A DNA stretch of 64,000 nucleotides from an uncultured Chloroflexia bacterium (lineage in GTDB: Bacteria; Chloroflexota; Anaerolineae; Anaerolineales; UBA4823), in contig CAVORW010000007.1 of assembly GCA_963698715.1 (NCBI GenBank), forward strand, positions 69,190 to 133,189, written 5' to 3'. The notes under the pieces were generated by a model. It was not told where the DNA came from. It ran no database searches and saw only the letters and a program-made list of their open reading frames with translations. The translations under genes and the position numbers were made by a program. Of this stretch, positions 10,328-19,366 are shown one piece after another; the first letter of the stretch is position 1, and every line of letters starts with the position of its first letter.

Positions 10328-11299
10328 GTGAATATGAAAACATTACCTGATGTCCAAACTGGAAGCGAAGAGCCTTTATACAATATTGGAGTTGTGGCTC
10401 GCATGACCGGTGTATCAATGCCCACCTTGAGAGCCTGGGAGAGACGTTACGGTTTCCCAGAATCTGAGCGTACTACCGGTGGGCACCGTCTTTATTCAGA
10501 AAAAGATGTCCTGCGCTTGCGCTGGGTTAAGGCCCGGATCGATGATGGTTTGCAGACCTCCCAGGCCATCCTGGCGCTGCACCATCAAGAAGAAATAGGG
10601 CGATTGGTGCCGGTCGAACAGCCAGAGAGTTGGAAGGGGGATCGTCGTCCCGGAGGCGTCAACCAGTTAGATTCTTACCAGCAGCGCCTGATGGATACCT
10701 TGCTCAGGAGAGAGGTTGATACCGCCGATCGTTTATTGGGTGAGGCGCTCCCACTATCTTCTCCCGAGGATTTAATCCTGGATGTGATTGGCCCAACTTT
10801 TGCACAAATTGGCCAGGCATGGGAGAACGGGCATATCAGTATTGCCACTGAACACCTGGCAACGAACTACTTACGTCAAAAGCTGTTGATGTGGATGATG
10901 AGTGGTCCACCGCCCAGGCCTACAAAGCCGATTGTTTTGACTTGCGCCCCTAACGAATGGCATGAGGGCGGATTGCTGGCACTCGGTGCTCTATTGCGCC
11001 GGAGTCGCTGGCCGGTTGCATACCTGGGGCAATCCTTGCCATTACAAGATCTGGCCTCTTTCGTCCGTGATTTAAAGCCTAACCTGGTGATCGCGGTTGC
11101 AATGGCAGAGGAATCGGCCGGCGAGCTGGTCGATTGGCCTCAATATCTTCCTGAAGTGGCTCAAACTGGGAAACCAGTGATCGGATATGGCGGGCGCGTG
11201 TTCAGCCATCAGCCAGAATGGCGCTTGAGGATGCAGGGTGTTTATCTGGGTGACACCCTCAGAGATGGCATGCAAACGATTGAGCGATTGCTGACATAA
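10328..11299 (+). CDS. carH: AdoB12-dependent photoreceptor repressor, MerR family (CarH/LitR)
   Basis: MerR HTH with LRAWERRYG, W-x9-EH motif (WENGHISIATEH), B12-binding EWHEGG and YLG. Start may be ATG 10334. Confidence 0.88.
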   Translation: MNMKTLPDVQTGSEEPLYNIGVVARMTGVSMPTLRAWERRYGFPESERTTGGHRLYSEKDVLRLRWVKARIDDGLQTSQAILALHHQEEIGRLVPVEQPESWKGDRRPGGVNQLDSYQQRLMDTLLRREVDTADRLLGEALPLSSPEDLILDVIGPTFAQIGQAWENGHISIATEHLATNYLRQKLLMWMMSGPPPRPTKPIVLTCAPNEWHEGGLLALGALLRRSRWPVAYLGQSLPLQDLASFVRDLKPNLVIAVAMAEESAGELVDWPQYLPEVAQTGKPVIGYGGRVFSHQPEWRLRMQGVYLGDTLRDGMQTIERLLT

Positions 11300-11363
11300 G
11301 TAAACAATACGATTTTCTCAGGACATTATCATTCGTCCAAGTAAATCGCTAAATTAATTCCAT

Positions 11364-11411
11364 AACCAGGACGGTGTATGCAATCGAGCGGAGCCGCCCT
11401 GGTTTTTTTTC
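11364..11411 (+). terminator. Intrinsic terminator after carH
   Basis: AACCAGGaCGG...CCGcCCTGGTT stem followed by a T run. Confidence 0.6.
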
Positions 11412-11487
11412 TTAAGCCAAAGTTGAAGCATGCTCTCAGGGCTGGCTAAATCCCGGGAATATTCCCTGCTCCCTGAAAGGTGATATT

Positions 11488-11532
11488 GTGGTGTACAGTT
11501 TGGGCAGTGTAGCCGCCCAAACTGTACACCAT
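11488..11532. repeat. REP-like palindrome (18-bp stem)
   Basis: GTGGTGTACAGTTTGGGC-agtgtagcc-GCCCAAACTGTACACCAT. Confidence 0.7.
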
Positions 11533-11572
11533 ACAGCCTTCTTTTGTTTATAAAGGAATCGCGGGAGACCCA

Positions 11573-12436
11573 CTAAATATTTGGCGAAACAAGTGTAAAA
11601 ACTGTTATTTCGGGCCGGCAGTTTAGCCTGACCCGGAACCTGGCCATTCCCAGTCCGCGGTTGGTGTACAGCAGCATCTTACCAATGTGGTAGAGCCCGC
11701 GTGGATATTTGCGCCCGTGGGGCGGCAGAAAAGGCGGGCCAATCCACGGTAAATTGACCTGGCCTCCATGAGAATGTCCGGAAATCTGTAAGTCAAACCG
11801 CCCGCTGGCAGCACTGGTATCTGCATAATCCGGCTCGTGCGCCAGTAAGATGGCTGTACCATGCGGCTCGATATGCCTTAATACAAGGTCCAGGCGATCA
11901 TAGCCATCGTAGGTGGAGTCGACTCCCCCAACGTGCAATCGGGCTTTAGCCCGCTGGATTGTGATGGCTTGGTTCCGTAATTCAAGCACACCGGCTCGCT
12001 GAAGCGCCTGGCGAATAACTGTGGCATTGCTCCAATGATCATGGTTACCTAAGACAGCCAGGCTCCCATCCGGTGCAGAAAGCCTTTGCAATTCCGATGC
12101 CAGTACGTCCACATATTCCTGTGGATTGTGGCTGACAAAGTCGCCAGTTATCGCGATCAGGTCTGGGTTTAATCGGTTGACCGTCTCGACGATGCCGGCT
12201 AAACGCGCCCGGTTCATCCAGGAATTCATGTGAAGATCGCTAATTTGTACGATTTGGTAGTGGTTAAATTCTGGCTGTAATCGCGGCAGCTGTAATGATA
12301 TCCGGTTGATCTCGACCCATTCTGGCTCGATCCGGGCAGCGTATTGAAGACCACCCAGGCTTAGTAGACCGCCGCTCACCGCGATCAGCGCGCCGACTTT
12401 TAAGAAATCACGACGATTGTATTGTTTAATATCCAT
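11573..12436 (-). CDS. YkuE-like metallophosphoesterase with a Tat-type signal
   Basis: NRRDFLK, SDLH, TGDFV, GNHD, LAHEPD, SGHSHGGQ. Confidence 0.88.
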   Translation of the reverse strand: MDIKQYNRRDFLKVGALIAVSGGLLSLGGLQYAARIEPEWVEINRISLQLPRLQPEFNHYQIVQISDLHMNSWMNRARLAGIVETVNRLNPDLIAITGDFVSHNPQEYVDVLASELQRLSAPDGSLAVLGNHDHWSNATVIRQALQRAGVLELRNQAITIQRAKARLHVGGVDSTYDGYDRLDLVLRHIEPHGTAILLAHEPDYADTSAASGRFDLQISGHSHGGQVNLPWIGPPFLPPHGRKYPRGLYHIGKMLLYTNRGLGMARFRVRLNCRPEITVFTLVSPNI

Positions 12437-12444
12437 AGGCTCCA

Positions 12445-13830
12445 TTAGGGCAGCCAAAGCTGCAAACGGTTATCTGTCAATCCCACGCCAAGCGCCATCC
12501 CTTTATCCGCTAAGGCTACCAATGCCAAATTGCTGTTCAATTGGCCCTGGAGGTCCAACTGCCAGGCCACCTCAGCCCCAGCGGCTGCATGGCGAATACC
12601 GGCCAGCCCAGTCAACTGGCGGTTGGGTACCAGCACTTCAACCTGGCCATCGCCATCGAAATCCGCTGCGGCTGTCATATCCAGATTCCGGCGTCCGAGA
12701 ATGTGAGAAGTATATCCGGATATCTGAGCGACCAACTCAAGGGTTTGCCCATTCAACCTGAAAAATTCGACCACCCCATTCAAGTGGGGAGTTAATACAT
12801 CGACAACTTCAATCTCGCCATTCGGACCAAAGGGGGCAGCTGCGATCGCATGCCGCCAGCGGTAGCCTTGACCAATCGATGAGCTGCTGGCGATGATTGC
12901 TCCTTGGGCATTATAAATGATTAAGCGGGCGCCCTGGTTATGATCGCTGATTGTGGCTATCAGCTCGGGTTGGCCATCACCATCGAGATCGGTCCAAATT
13001 GGAAAGATACCTTCGAATACATTTGGGTCTTCCAGTTGGATGACTAACCCAATTTCTGGGTAGGGCAAGAAATCGATTCTTGTAATCTGGCTGGCTTCAA
13101 TTCCATCTCCCAAAACGCCATGATCATACCGGTCCGTCGCGCCGTTATACAGCAAGAGCGATTTGCTGTCATTTTGAAGCAGGCGCGAGTCCGGCAGTGC
13201 TTGTAATGGCAGGTGTCTGGACTCGCCGCCCGTTTGGACCTCGATCAGGTTGCCGGTTTGATCGATCAAAACCAGGCTCCCATCAGCCATCTCAACCGGG
13301 TGGCTGAAATTTGATTGGGGGTATGAGCTAGCCGCTACCAAGCTGGCCTGAGCCCCTGACACTCGAAGTAGCGGGGGAGAGTTCGGAACCAGCTGGGCCG
13401 GCTGGATAGCAAATGGTTCAATGCTCTGGTCGTGACTATAAAAAGCCTGCACCTGGCCGTCTTCAAGGACAGCCACCCACAAACTGCCGTCTTGATAAGG
13501 CGCGCCCACCACCCAGACGGGAGCACCATCGAGTGGGATATCCCTGGGCAAAAAATCGGGTGGTTGTCCCCGGCCCTGGATATAACGATTCCCATCCGGT
13601 CTCTGGTAAGTATATGCAAACTCTGGTTGGATATTCGGGGGTTGGCTGGCTTTCGGCGAGCTGGCGGGGGATGGCGTGACTCCCAATACCACAGCCGAGG
13701 GTGAAGGGATCAGCAGCGAATCTGGCGAAGTCTGGCAACCCCAGAGAAGCATGCTCGCAGCTGCAGCCCCCCAGGTTAGCAAGCGGTGGAACATTCTGTC
13801 CGCAGAGTGCTTTGTTAACAAAGAATCCAT
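12445..13830 (-). CDS. Putative lipoprotein with FG-GAP/DxDGDG repeats
   Basis: LLWGC lipobox-like motif, Pro/Ser linker, DLDGDGQPEL, DFDGDGQVEV, RYDHGVLGD. TAATG coupling to the upstream gene. Confidence 0.7.
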   Translation of the reverse strand: MDSLLTKHSADRMFHRLLTWGAAAASMLLWGCQTSPDSLLIPSPSAVVLGVTPSPASSPKASQPPNIQPEFAYTYQRPDGNRYIQGRGQPPDFLPRDIPLDGAPVWVVGAPYQDGSLWVAVLEDGQVQAFYSHDQSIEPFAIQPAQLVPNSPPLLRVSGAQASLVAASSYPQSNFSHPVEMADGSLVLIDQTGNLIEVQTGGESRHLPLQALPDSRLLQNDSKSLLLYNGATDRYDHGVLGDGIEASQITRIDFLPYPEIGLVIQLEDPNVFEGIFPIWTDLDGDGQPELIATISDHNQGARLIIYNAQGAIIASSSSIGQGYRWRHAIAAAPFGPNGEIEVVDVLTPHLNGVVEFFRLNGQTLELVAQISGYTSHILGRRNLDMTAAADFDGDGQVEVLVPNRQLTGLAGIRHAAAGAEVAWQLDLQGQLNSNLALVALADKGMALGVGLTDNRLQLWLP

Positions 13831-14219
13831 TAAGCTTGACTTGGCAGAATTTTGTAGATCACACGGATTTGATCGGGCGTGTGGTTCGTATATCTTGCCC
13901 GGCCCAAATATTTTTGAGCCATTTTATCCATATGTGCATCCGCACCATCTTCTGTGATTTCAACAACTCTTCCGCGTATCTGGATATAGCGATAAGGATC
14001 TTCCGGATCTCTGATTTCGAGTGCAACTCGCGGATCGGTTGTCATGTTTAAATCTTTTTGCCGGCCACGGGCTGTGTTCACCCAGATATACCTGCCATCG
14101 TAATCGATCCATACAGGCGTTACTTGCGGGCTGCCATCAGGCATGAGGGTTGCTAAACTGGCAAAAGCTCTTTTATTGAACAAATCCAAATACTGTGGAT
14201 CGATGGTTGTTTCGCTCAT
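13830..14219 (-). CDS. PPOX-class F420-dependent oxidoreductase
   Basis: LATLMPDGSPQVTPVW, NTARGRQK..N...DPRVAL, YIQIRG. Confidence 0.88.
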   Translation of the reverse strand: MSETTIDPQYLDLFNKRAFASLATLMPDGSPQVTPVWIDYDGRYIWVNTARGRQKDLNMTTDPRVALEIRDPEDPYRYIQIRGRVVEITEDGADAHMDKMAQKYLGRARYTNHTPDQIRVIYKILPSQA

Positions 14220-14310
14220 CGTTCAACTCCTGAATACTTTTTCTATTTGGGGAAATCACTCGATCCTGCCGCTGTGGTGGGCCACCATCGATATTTCTCG
14301 GAACTCAATC

Positions 14311-14337
14311 AAAAACACCTCGACTTAATGAGGTGTT
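14311..14337 (-). terminator. Terminator downstream of tRNA-His
   Basis: AACACCTC/GAGGTGTT 8-bp stem followed by T residues on the minus strand. Confidence 0.55.
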
Positions 14338-14387
14338 GGTTAGCGAAATTCGCTGGTTTTGATCTGCCCGTTTAGGCAATAATAAAG

Positions 14388-14460
14388 GGTGCCAGAAGGG
14401 TTTCGAACCCTCAACCCCCGCATCCACAGTGCGGTGCTCTGCCATTGAGCTACTGGCACC
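14388..14460 (-). tRNA. tRNA-His (GTG) with genomic G-1; CCA not encoded
   Basis: GGTGCCAGTAGCTCAATGGCAGAGCACCGCACTGTGGATGCGGGGGTTGAGGGTTCGAAACCCTTCTGGCACC folds as a cloverleaf with anticodon GTG and a G-1:C73 pair. Confidence 0.96.
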
Positions 14461-14472
14461 ATATCGGCTTGA

Positions 14473-14501
14473 ATTCTAACACGAAGATTAGCAGGTATCA
14501 A
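14473..14501 (-). promoter_or_regulatory. Promoter of tRNA-His
   Basis: TTGATA, 17-bp spacer, TAGAAT with an extended TG, 12 nt upstream of the tRNA. Confidence 0.7.
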
Positions 14502-14559
14502 GAGATAATCATGATGAAAAATCCTCAGTGCCCATCGATCGATCCCTGGCCGCATACTA

Positions 14560-15834
14560 TTATTGTGCTAACATAGCCGCGATCACCCTGGCTGCCTGGC
14601 CCTGAGGAACGGTGATCTGTTCCCCGGTTTTAAGGTTCTTGACGGCAACCTCGCCCCGCAATTGTTCCTCTGGACCCAGTACAAGTGCGACCTGCATGCC
14701 CATCCGGTCGGCGTATTTAAATTGCTTCCCCAATTTGTTCTCTTCGGGATAGCTGGCCACATTTATACCCTCTTTGCGCAGCTGGTTAGCCAGCCTAAAG
14801 GAGGGGATCAGGGAGTTTTGGTCAAATATTGTGATCAGCACGGGTGCAGTTGAGAGTCCGGCATTTTCGGGCAGGCAGCCAAATTTGTCTAACACCAGGC
14901 TGACGACCAGATCGCCCATGGCAAATCCTACTCCGGGCAGTGGATCGCCGCCGACATCGCCCACCAGATTGTCATAACGCCCACCACCTAATATTGCCCG
15001 GAACTCACCGTCCTGATCCCAGGCCTCAAACACCGTCCCGGTGTAGTATTCCAATCCTCGAATGATGAACGGAGCGAAGCGCACGTACTCGCCCACGCCC
15101 AATGCGTCAATTGCGTTGAAAAAACGTACCAGTTCAGGCGATTTTCGCCACAATTCATCATTGACGAGATTGGCTTTCAGGCCATCGAACTGAGGTTCGG
15201 ACAGACCGATCTCCTGGGCATATTTGGCCCAATCGGATGCCGGCATTTTGTCTCGGCGGTCAATCAGGCGCAACACTTCAGGCCTGCGTTCTGTAGGAAT
15301 CTGAAGTGCTTCAAACTCGCTGTCCATAAGACGGCGGTTGTTGACCAGAATACTGATTTGCTCGGGTTGCAGGCCAACTTCACGAAAGAAAGAAGCCGCC
15401 ACAGCCACCATTTCGGCGTCGGCCTCCGGCTGGGCGACACCGATGAGATCGATATTCCATTGGAAAAATTCGCGGCTGCGTCCCTTTTGCGGGCGCTCAT
15501 AGCGCCAGAATGGGCCCCACGACCACCAGCGCTGAGGATAGACCATCTGGCGCTGTCGTTGGGCAACCATACGGGCCAGGCTGGGGGTCAATTCTGGACG
15601 CAGAGTGATTAAGTCACCACTTCTATCGGGAAATACAAACGACTGCTCCTTGACCAGTTCTTCACCCGATTTAGCCGCGTAGAGCTCAATCGACTCGATG
15701 AAGGGCGCATCATATTCTTGATAACCATAGGTTTCAGACACTCTTCGGACAGTCTGATACAGCCAGGTGCGCACAGCCATCTCTTCCGGATAAAAATCTC
15801 GGGTTCCTTTGAGGGATTGTATGGTAGTTTTCAT
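14560..15834 (-). CDS. hisS: Histidine--tRNA ligase
   Basis: KGTRDF, LRPELTPS, RYERPQKGRSREFFQ, RGLEYYTG, GGGRYD, C-terminal anticodon-binding domain. Start taken at MKTTIQ. Confidence 0.96.
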   Translation of the reverse strand: MKTTIQSLKGTRDFYPEEMAVRTWLYQTVRRVSETYGYQEYDAPFIESIELYAAKSGEELVKEQSFVFPDRSGDLITLRPELTPSLARMVAQRQRQMVYPQRWWSWGPFWRYERPQKGRSREFFQWNIDLIGVAQPEADAEMVAVAASFFREVGLQPEQISILVNNRRLMDSEFEALQIPTERRPEVLRLIDRRDKMPASDWAKYAQEIGLSEPQFDGLKANLVNDELWRKSPELVRFFNAIDALGVGEYVRFAPFIIRGLEYYTGTVFEAWDQDGEFRAILGGGRYDNLVGDVGGDPLPGVGFAMGDLVVSLVLDKFGCLPENAGLSTAPVLITIFDQNSLIPSFRLANQLRKEGINVASYPEENKLGKQFKYADRMGMQVALVLGPEEQLRGEVAVKNLKTGEQITVPQGQAARVIAAMLAQ

Positions 15835-16037
15835 AGATTGGGTGCCAATCTTTGTCCGTAATGAGGGATGAGGGCACATTGTAGCATAAATTATGGGCCT
15901 GCTAGTAATGGAACAAATCGAACTTATTAAAGTTAACGGCCCACGAATGGTTTCACTCCGGTAAGCAATTTTTGGGAGCCTCATCCTAAAAATTGCTTAC
16001 CATAAAGTAAACCTTCGCCCGATCAGTTTCCAATGGT

Positions 16038-17222
16038 CTAGCGATAAATGATCTCGGTTTGCGGCTCGCTCAAAAAAATTGTCCCTGTTTCTGTTACCAG
16101 AACGTCTTCCTCCAGCCCAACATAGCCATAACCTGGAACTGCAACCCCGGGCTCAACCGTATAAACCTGACCGGCCTCCAGGGGATAATTGGGCGTATCG
16201 CCATAACGCTCCCAGGTGGGCCCCAGCAGACCGGCGCCATCATGAGCCAATCGCCCGATATGATGGCCTGTTCCATATTTGTACTCTGGATAACCGGCAT
16301 CTGTCACGATCTTGCGGGCGATCGCATCCACTTCTTTGCCCAAAATTCCAGGCTTCATGGCCTGCACCGCCGCCTGGATCGCCCGGACGACAGTGTCGAA
16401 CGCCCGGCGGACTTCAACCGGGGCCTGGTCTTCACCCGGTTTGCGATAATAAGCAACCCTTTGGATATCCGAGCAGTATTCCTGCTGCCGCACCCCAAAA
16501 TCGATGTGCAAGAGTTGACCTCGTTCGAGTTTGATATCGCTTGGTCCGACATGTCCGACTGGAGATTCCGGACCGGCGTTGACAGTCGGACAGCTGTCAT
16601 AATCCCAGGCAACTTCTACCCCATATTCCCTTATCTGTTGGTGCATGAACTGGCTGATTTGCTCTTCGGAGCTACCAGGCTGGGCGAAATCAAAGGTCCG
16701 GTCGAAAATCTTTTGGGTGGTGTCGATAGCGCCCCGAATCCGTTCCAGCTCGCCTGCGGTCTTACGCCCACGCAGCGCACTGAGGATATCTTCGGCGGAG
16801 GTCAAACGTTGCTCCCAGGGGGTATCATCAAAATACTTAACCAGCAGCTGGTACATGCCGTAGCTCAAGCCATCTGCGTGCACATCGTTGAGAGAGTAGT
16901 TGATGGCGATTTTTCCAGGGTAGATCCGTTCCAGGGTATGGAGCAGATTGCGCCGGATCGATTCATGGTACGGGATCACTGTGGTATAAGCGCCGGTGCG
17001 CCGGGCGGTTTCAGCTTCAAAGTGGCCAACAATAGCGTAGGTATCGCCTTTTTGTGTCAAAATCAAGGCACTTTGCCAGGTAAGCTCATGGCCGTAAATG
17101 AGCGGCAAGACCGGGTCGCCGCCGGCGGAGGTTTCACGCACGAAGGTCAACCAGGCATCAATATTTTTCTCTCGTAAGATCGCAATCGCTTGTTTAACTT
17201 TCTCTTGAACGATCGTGGACAT
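16038..17222 (-). CDS. Xaa-Pro peptidase (M24 family)
   Basis: IDFG, YCSDIQR, GHHIG..HD, TVEPG, GLEEDVLV. Confidence 0.9.
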   Translation of the reverse strand: MSTIVQEKVKQAIAILREKNIDAWLTFVRETSAGGDPVLPLIYGHELTWQSALILTQKGDTYAIVGHFEAETARRTGAYTTVIPYHESIRRNLLHTLERIYPGKIAINYSLNDVHADGLSYGMYQLLVKYFDDTPWEQRLTSAEDILSALRGRKTAGELERIRGAIDTTQKIFDRTFDFAQPGSSEEQISQFMHQQIREYGVEVAWDYDSCPTVNAGPESPVGHVGPSDIKLERGQLLHIDFGVRQQEYCSDIQRVAYYRKPGEDQAPVEVRRAFDTVVRAIQAAVQAMKPGILGKEVDAIARKIVTDAGYPEYKYGTGHHIGRLAHDGAGLLGPTWERYGDTPNYPLEAGQVYTVEPGVAVPGYGYVGLEEDVLVTETGTIFLSEPQTEIIYR

Positions 17223-17303
17223 TTCCTGACTCCTTTCTTTCCCAAAGCTCAACCAACTCCAATAATTTACTTCTTGAGAACCGTTCCAAAATGGTTGATA
17301 ATG

Positions 17304-17611
17304 GTCCCTGGCTGTGATATTGGTGCATATCAGCCCTAGTCACACCAAGGACGATTTAATCATCTGATGTTATTTACCGCAGTGCGTCGGACTGCGGGTA
17401 ATAACACCACAAATCTCATTTTTCTTAAGTGACTTGCCGAGAATACCACTATACCATGTACGCTTAAGACAGTAATAGGATTGTGGTTGTTCAGCCGGTG
17501 ATCATGTACATCAACCGCAGCGAAACCCTTAATTTTCGGATGAATGCTCAGGAAAGTATTTGGTGATGGCTGGGCATGATCCTAGCTTACATTAATGCTT
17601 GCAAATCACCA
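17304..17611. repeat. Cluster of four imperfect hairpins (REP-like)
   Basis: Stems at about 17304-17352, 17368-17406, 17481-17520 and 17561-17611 in a 470-bp spacer with no ORF. Confidence 0.55.
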
Positions 17612-17692
17612 CTCCAGATTCCCATACATCAAGGATACTCGAAGACCCATCCAAGCTGCCTTGCACGCCAGAGGATGATCTGGAAGAATTAC

Positions 17693-19366
17693 TTACTCAA
17701 GCTTTACCTGGCGATGTAGCGAGCCGGCGCGTTCACTTCGCACATGAAGTTCGAGTATGCTCCCCTGAGGGGCTTTGATCACCCATTCGCTGCGGGCACG
17801 GTTATCCGTGCCAGTTGTTCCCCATAAAGCAAAACTGTCGAGCTTGTTGCTGCGCCCTTCCAGATGGCTTAATTCTACCCGGCTTTTTCCTGTCAGTAGA
17901 GTGGCATCTTTTGGAAGATTCAATTCAATGCGGACCGGACGGGCTGCCTTGCGTTTTTTGGCTTGTTCACTGGTGTAGCTCGGCAAAAAACCGCTGTTTT
18001 CTAAGACGACAACCACTCGAAAGCGCTCGTCTCCCAGCCGGGTCACATCCAGAGACCGGATTTTTAAATGAGGCAGCAGGTCGCCAACAGTCAGTGCAAA
18101 GGGAATATTGCGGGCAACTTCAGCGGCCAGGAATGGCTCAGGGGGATTACGCCAGGTGTACATTTGATGCCATCCCCCCAACTCGATCATACCCAGTTGG
18201 GGATGTTCGTAGGGATACCAATCGATATATGCATGCGGCCCAACCTGGGCGTCTGCCCACTTCAAGATCTGATGATCCTCTTCATGGGGATGGTCCCGGA
18301 ACCATTCAATGAATTTTCTTTCTTTAATCCCTGCTTCGCTGGGTAAATCCCATAGTTCAATCGTGAACGCATACGTCCCAAAATGGTCGTATATCCAATC
18401 GTCGAACGCTCCGCTGGTGGTCTCTTTTGGGTGGTATTTGAAGTCGTGAAATGTAGATACGCACCGGTATCCGGTTAGCTCGCTGCCAATAGCCCCGATC
18501 TTTTTCAATATCCACAAGTCGTTGGTCTCAATCTCGTCATCCGGCCGGGTGCTGAAAGGGCGCAAGATCACGCGGGAAAAAGTGTGATAAGTGATTGCCA
18601 GATTGATGTTTGGATGGACTGCGATAAAATCGGCCAGGGCTTTGATTTCTGGCTCGGAGGCTGGATATGGGCCAGCTCCAGACTGTTCATTTTCTGGGCG
18701 CCATTCAAACGGAAAATTGCGGTTGAAATCCAGGCCTGAAGGATCAGGGGCGATCTCAATCAGCGCGCCATCGAAATTATTGATTTTTCCCTCGGGCAGC
18801 AGCCGATAATACTGGCCGCCATATTCAACCGGGCTGCGTTTTTCCATTAATCGCGGGTCTTGGCTGCTGATTTTCCAATCGCCGCTCAGGTCGGGAATAC
18901 GCATTTGCAGAATACGACCATCTCCATCAATATCCTCTTCGTGTAAGCCATCTGCCACCTCATCCCAGGGATACCGGCGCACGCCAGAGCGGATGAAGCG
19001 CGGCCGTTCTGCCATCGCCAGGGCCGCACCATCAGGATTTACACGCGGAACAATGTAGTAAGTGCAAGTGTCCAGCAAACGGGTTGGCTGTTCTTCGTGA
19101 CCATAACCGCTTAATAACGCTTCGGCGACTGCCAAAGCAGTTGTGGTTCCAGTTATTTCGGTGGCATGGATGTTGGCATCTAGCCAAACCGCCGGCTTTT
19201 CCAGATCCGGGCCAGTTTCCTGGTTGGTCAGGATCAGCACCCAGATCGGCCGTTTTTCATAACTCGCGCCCAGGCTTTGCAAGCTGATCAGTTTTGGATA
19301 GTTTTTTACCCACACCTGCAAAACAGTATCTAATTCTTCGTTGGTGAAGTAGTGATCAAAATTCAT
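17693..19366 (-). CDS. M14 zinc carboxypeptidase
   Basis: NIHATE, VNPDG, DFNRNF, YHTFS, TIELW. Confidence 0.9.
   Translation of the reverse strand: MNFDHYFTNEELDTVLQVWVKNYPKLISLQSLGASYEKRPIWVLILTNQETGPDLEKPAVWLDANIHATEITGTTTALAVAEALLSGYGHEEQPTRLLDTCTYYIVPRVNPDGAALAMAERPRFIRSGVRRYPWDEVADGLHEEDIDGDGRILQMRIPDLSGDWKISSQDPRLMEKRSPVEYGGQYYRLLPEGKINNFDGALIEIAPDPSGLDFNRNFPFEWRPENEQSGAGPYPASEPEIKALADFIAVHPNINLAITYHTFSRVILRPFSTRPDDEIETNDLWILKKIGAIGSELTGYRCVSTFHDFKYHPKETTSGAFDDWIYDHFGTYAFTIELWDLPSEAGIKERKFIEWFRDHPHEEDHQILKWADAQVGPHAYIDWYPYEHPQLGMIELGGWHQMYTWRNPPEPFLAAEVARNIPFALTVGDLLPHLKIRSLDVTRLGDERFRVVVVLENSGFLPSYTSEQAKKRKAARPVRIELNLPKDATLLTGKSRVELSHLEGRSNKLDSFALWGTTGTDNRARSEWVIKAPQGSILELHVRSERAGSLHRQVKLE

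Noticed and set aside
14340..14555. 71-aa ORF
   Set aside because: Overlaps tRNA-His and its promoter.
16059..17177. 372-aa plus-strand ORF
   Set aside because: Antisense shadow of the M24 peptidase; no recognisable motifs.
17304..17611. Hairpin cluster as a CRISPR array or integron attC array
   Set aside because: No identical direct repeats with regular spacers, no cas or intI gene, and ends lack RYYYAAC...GTTRRRY polarity.
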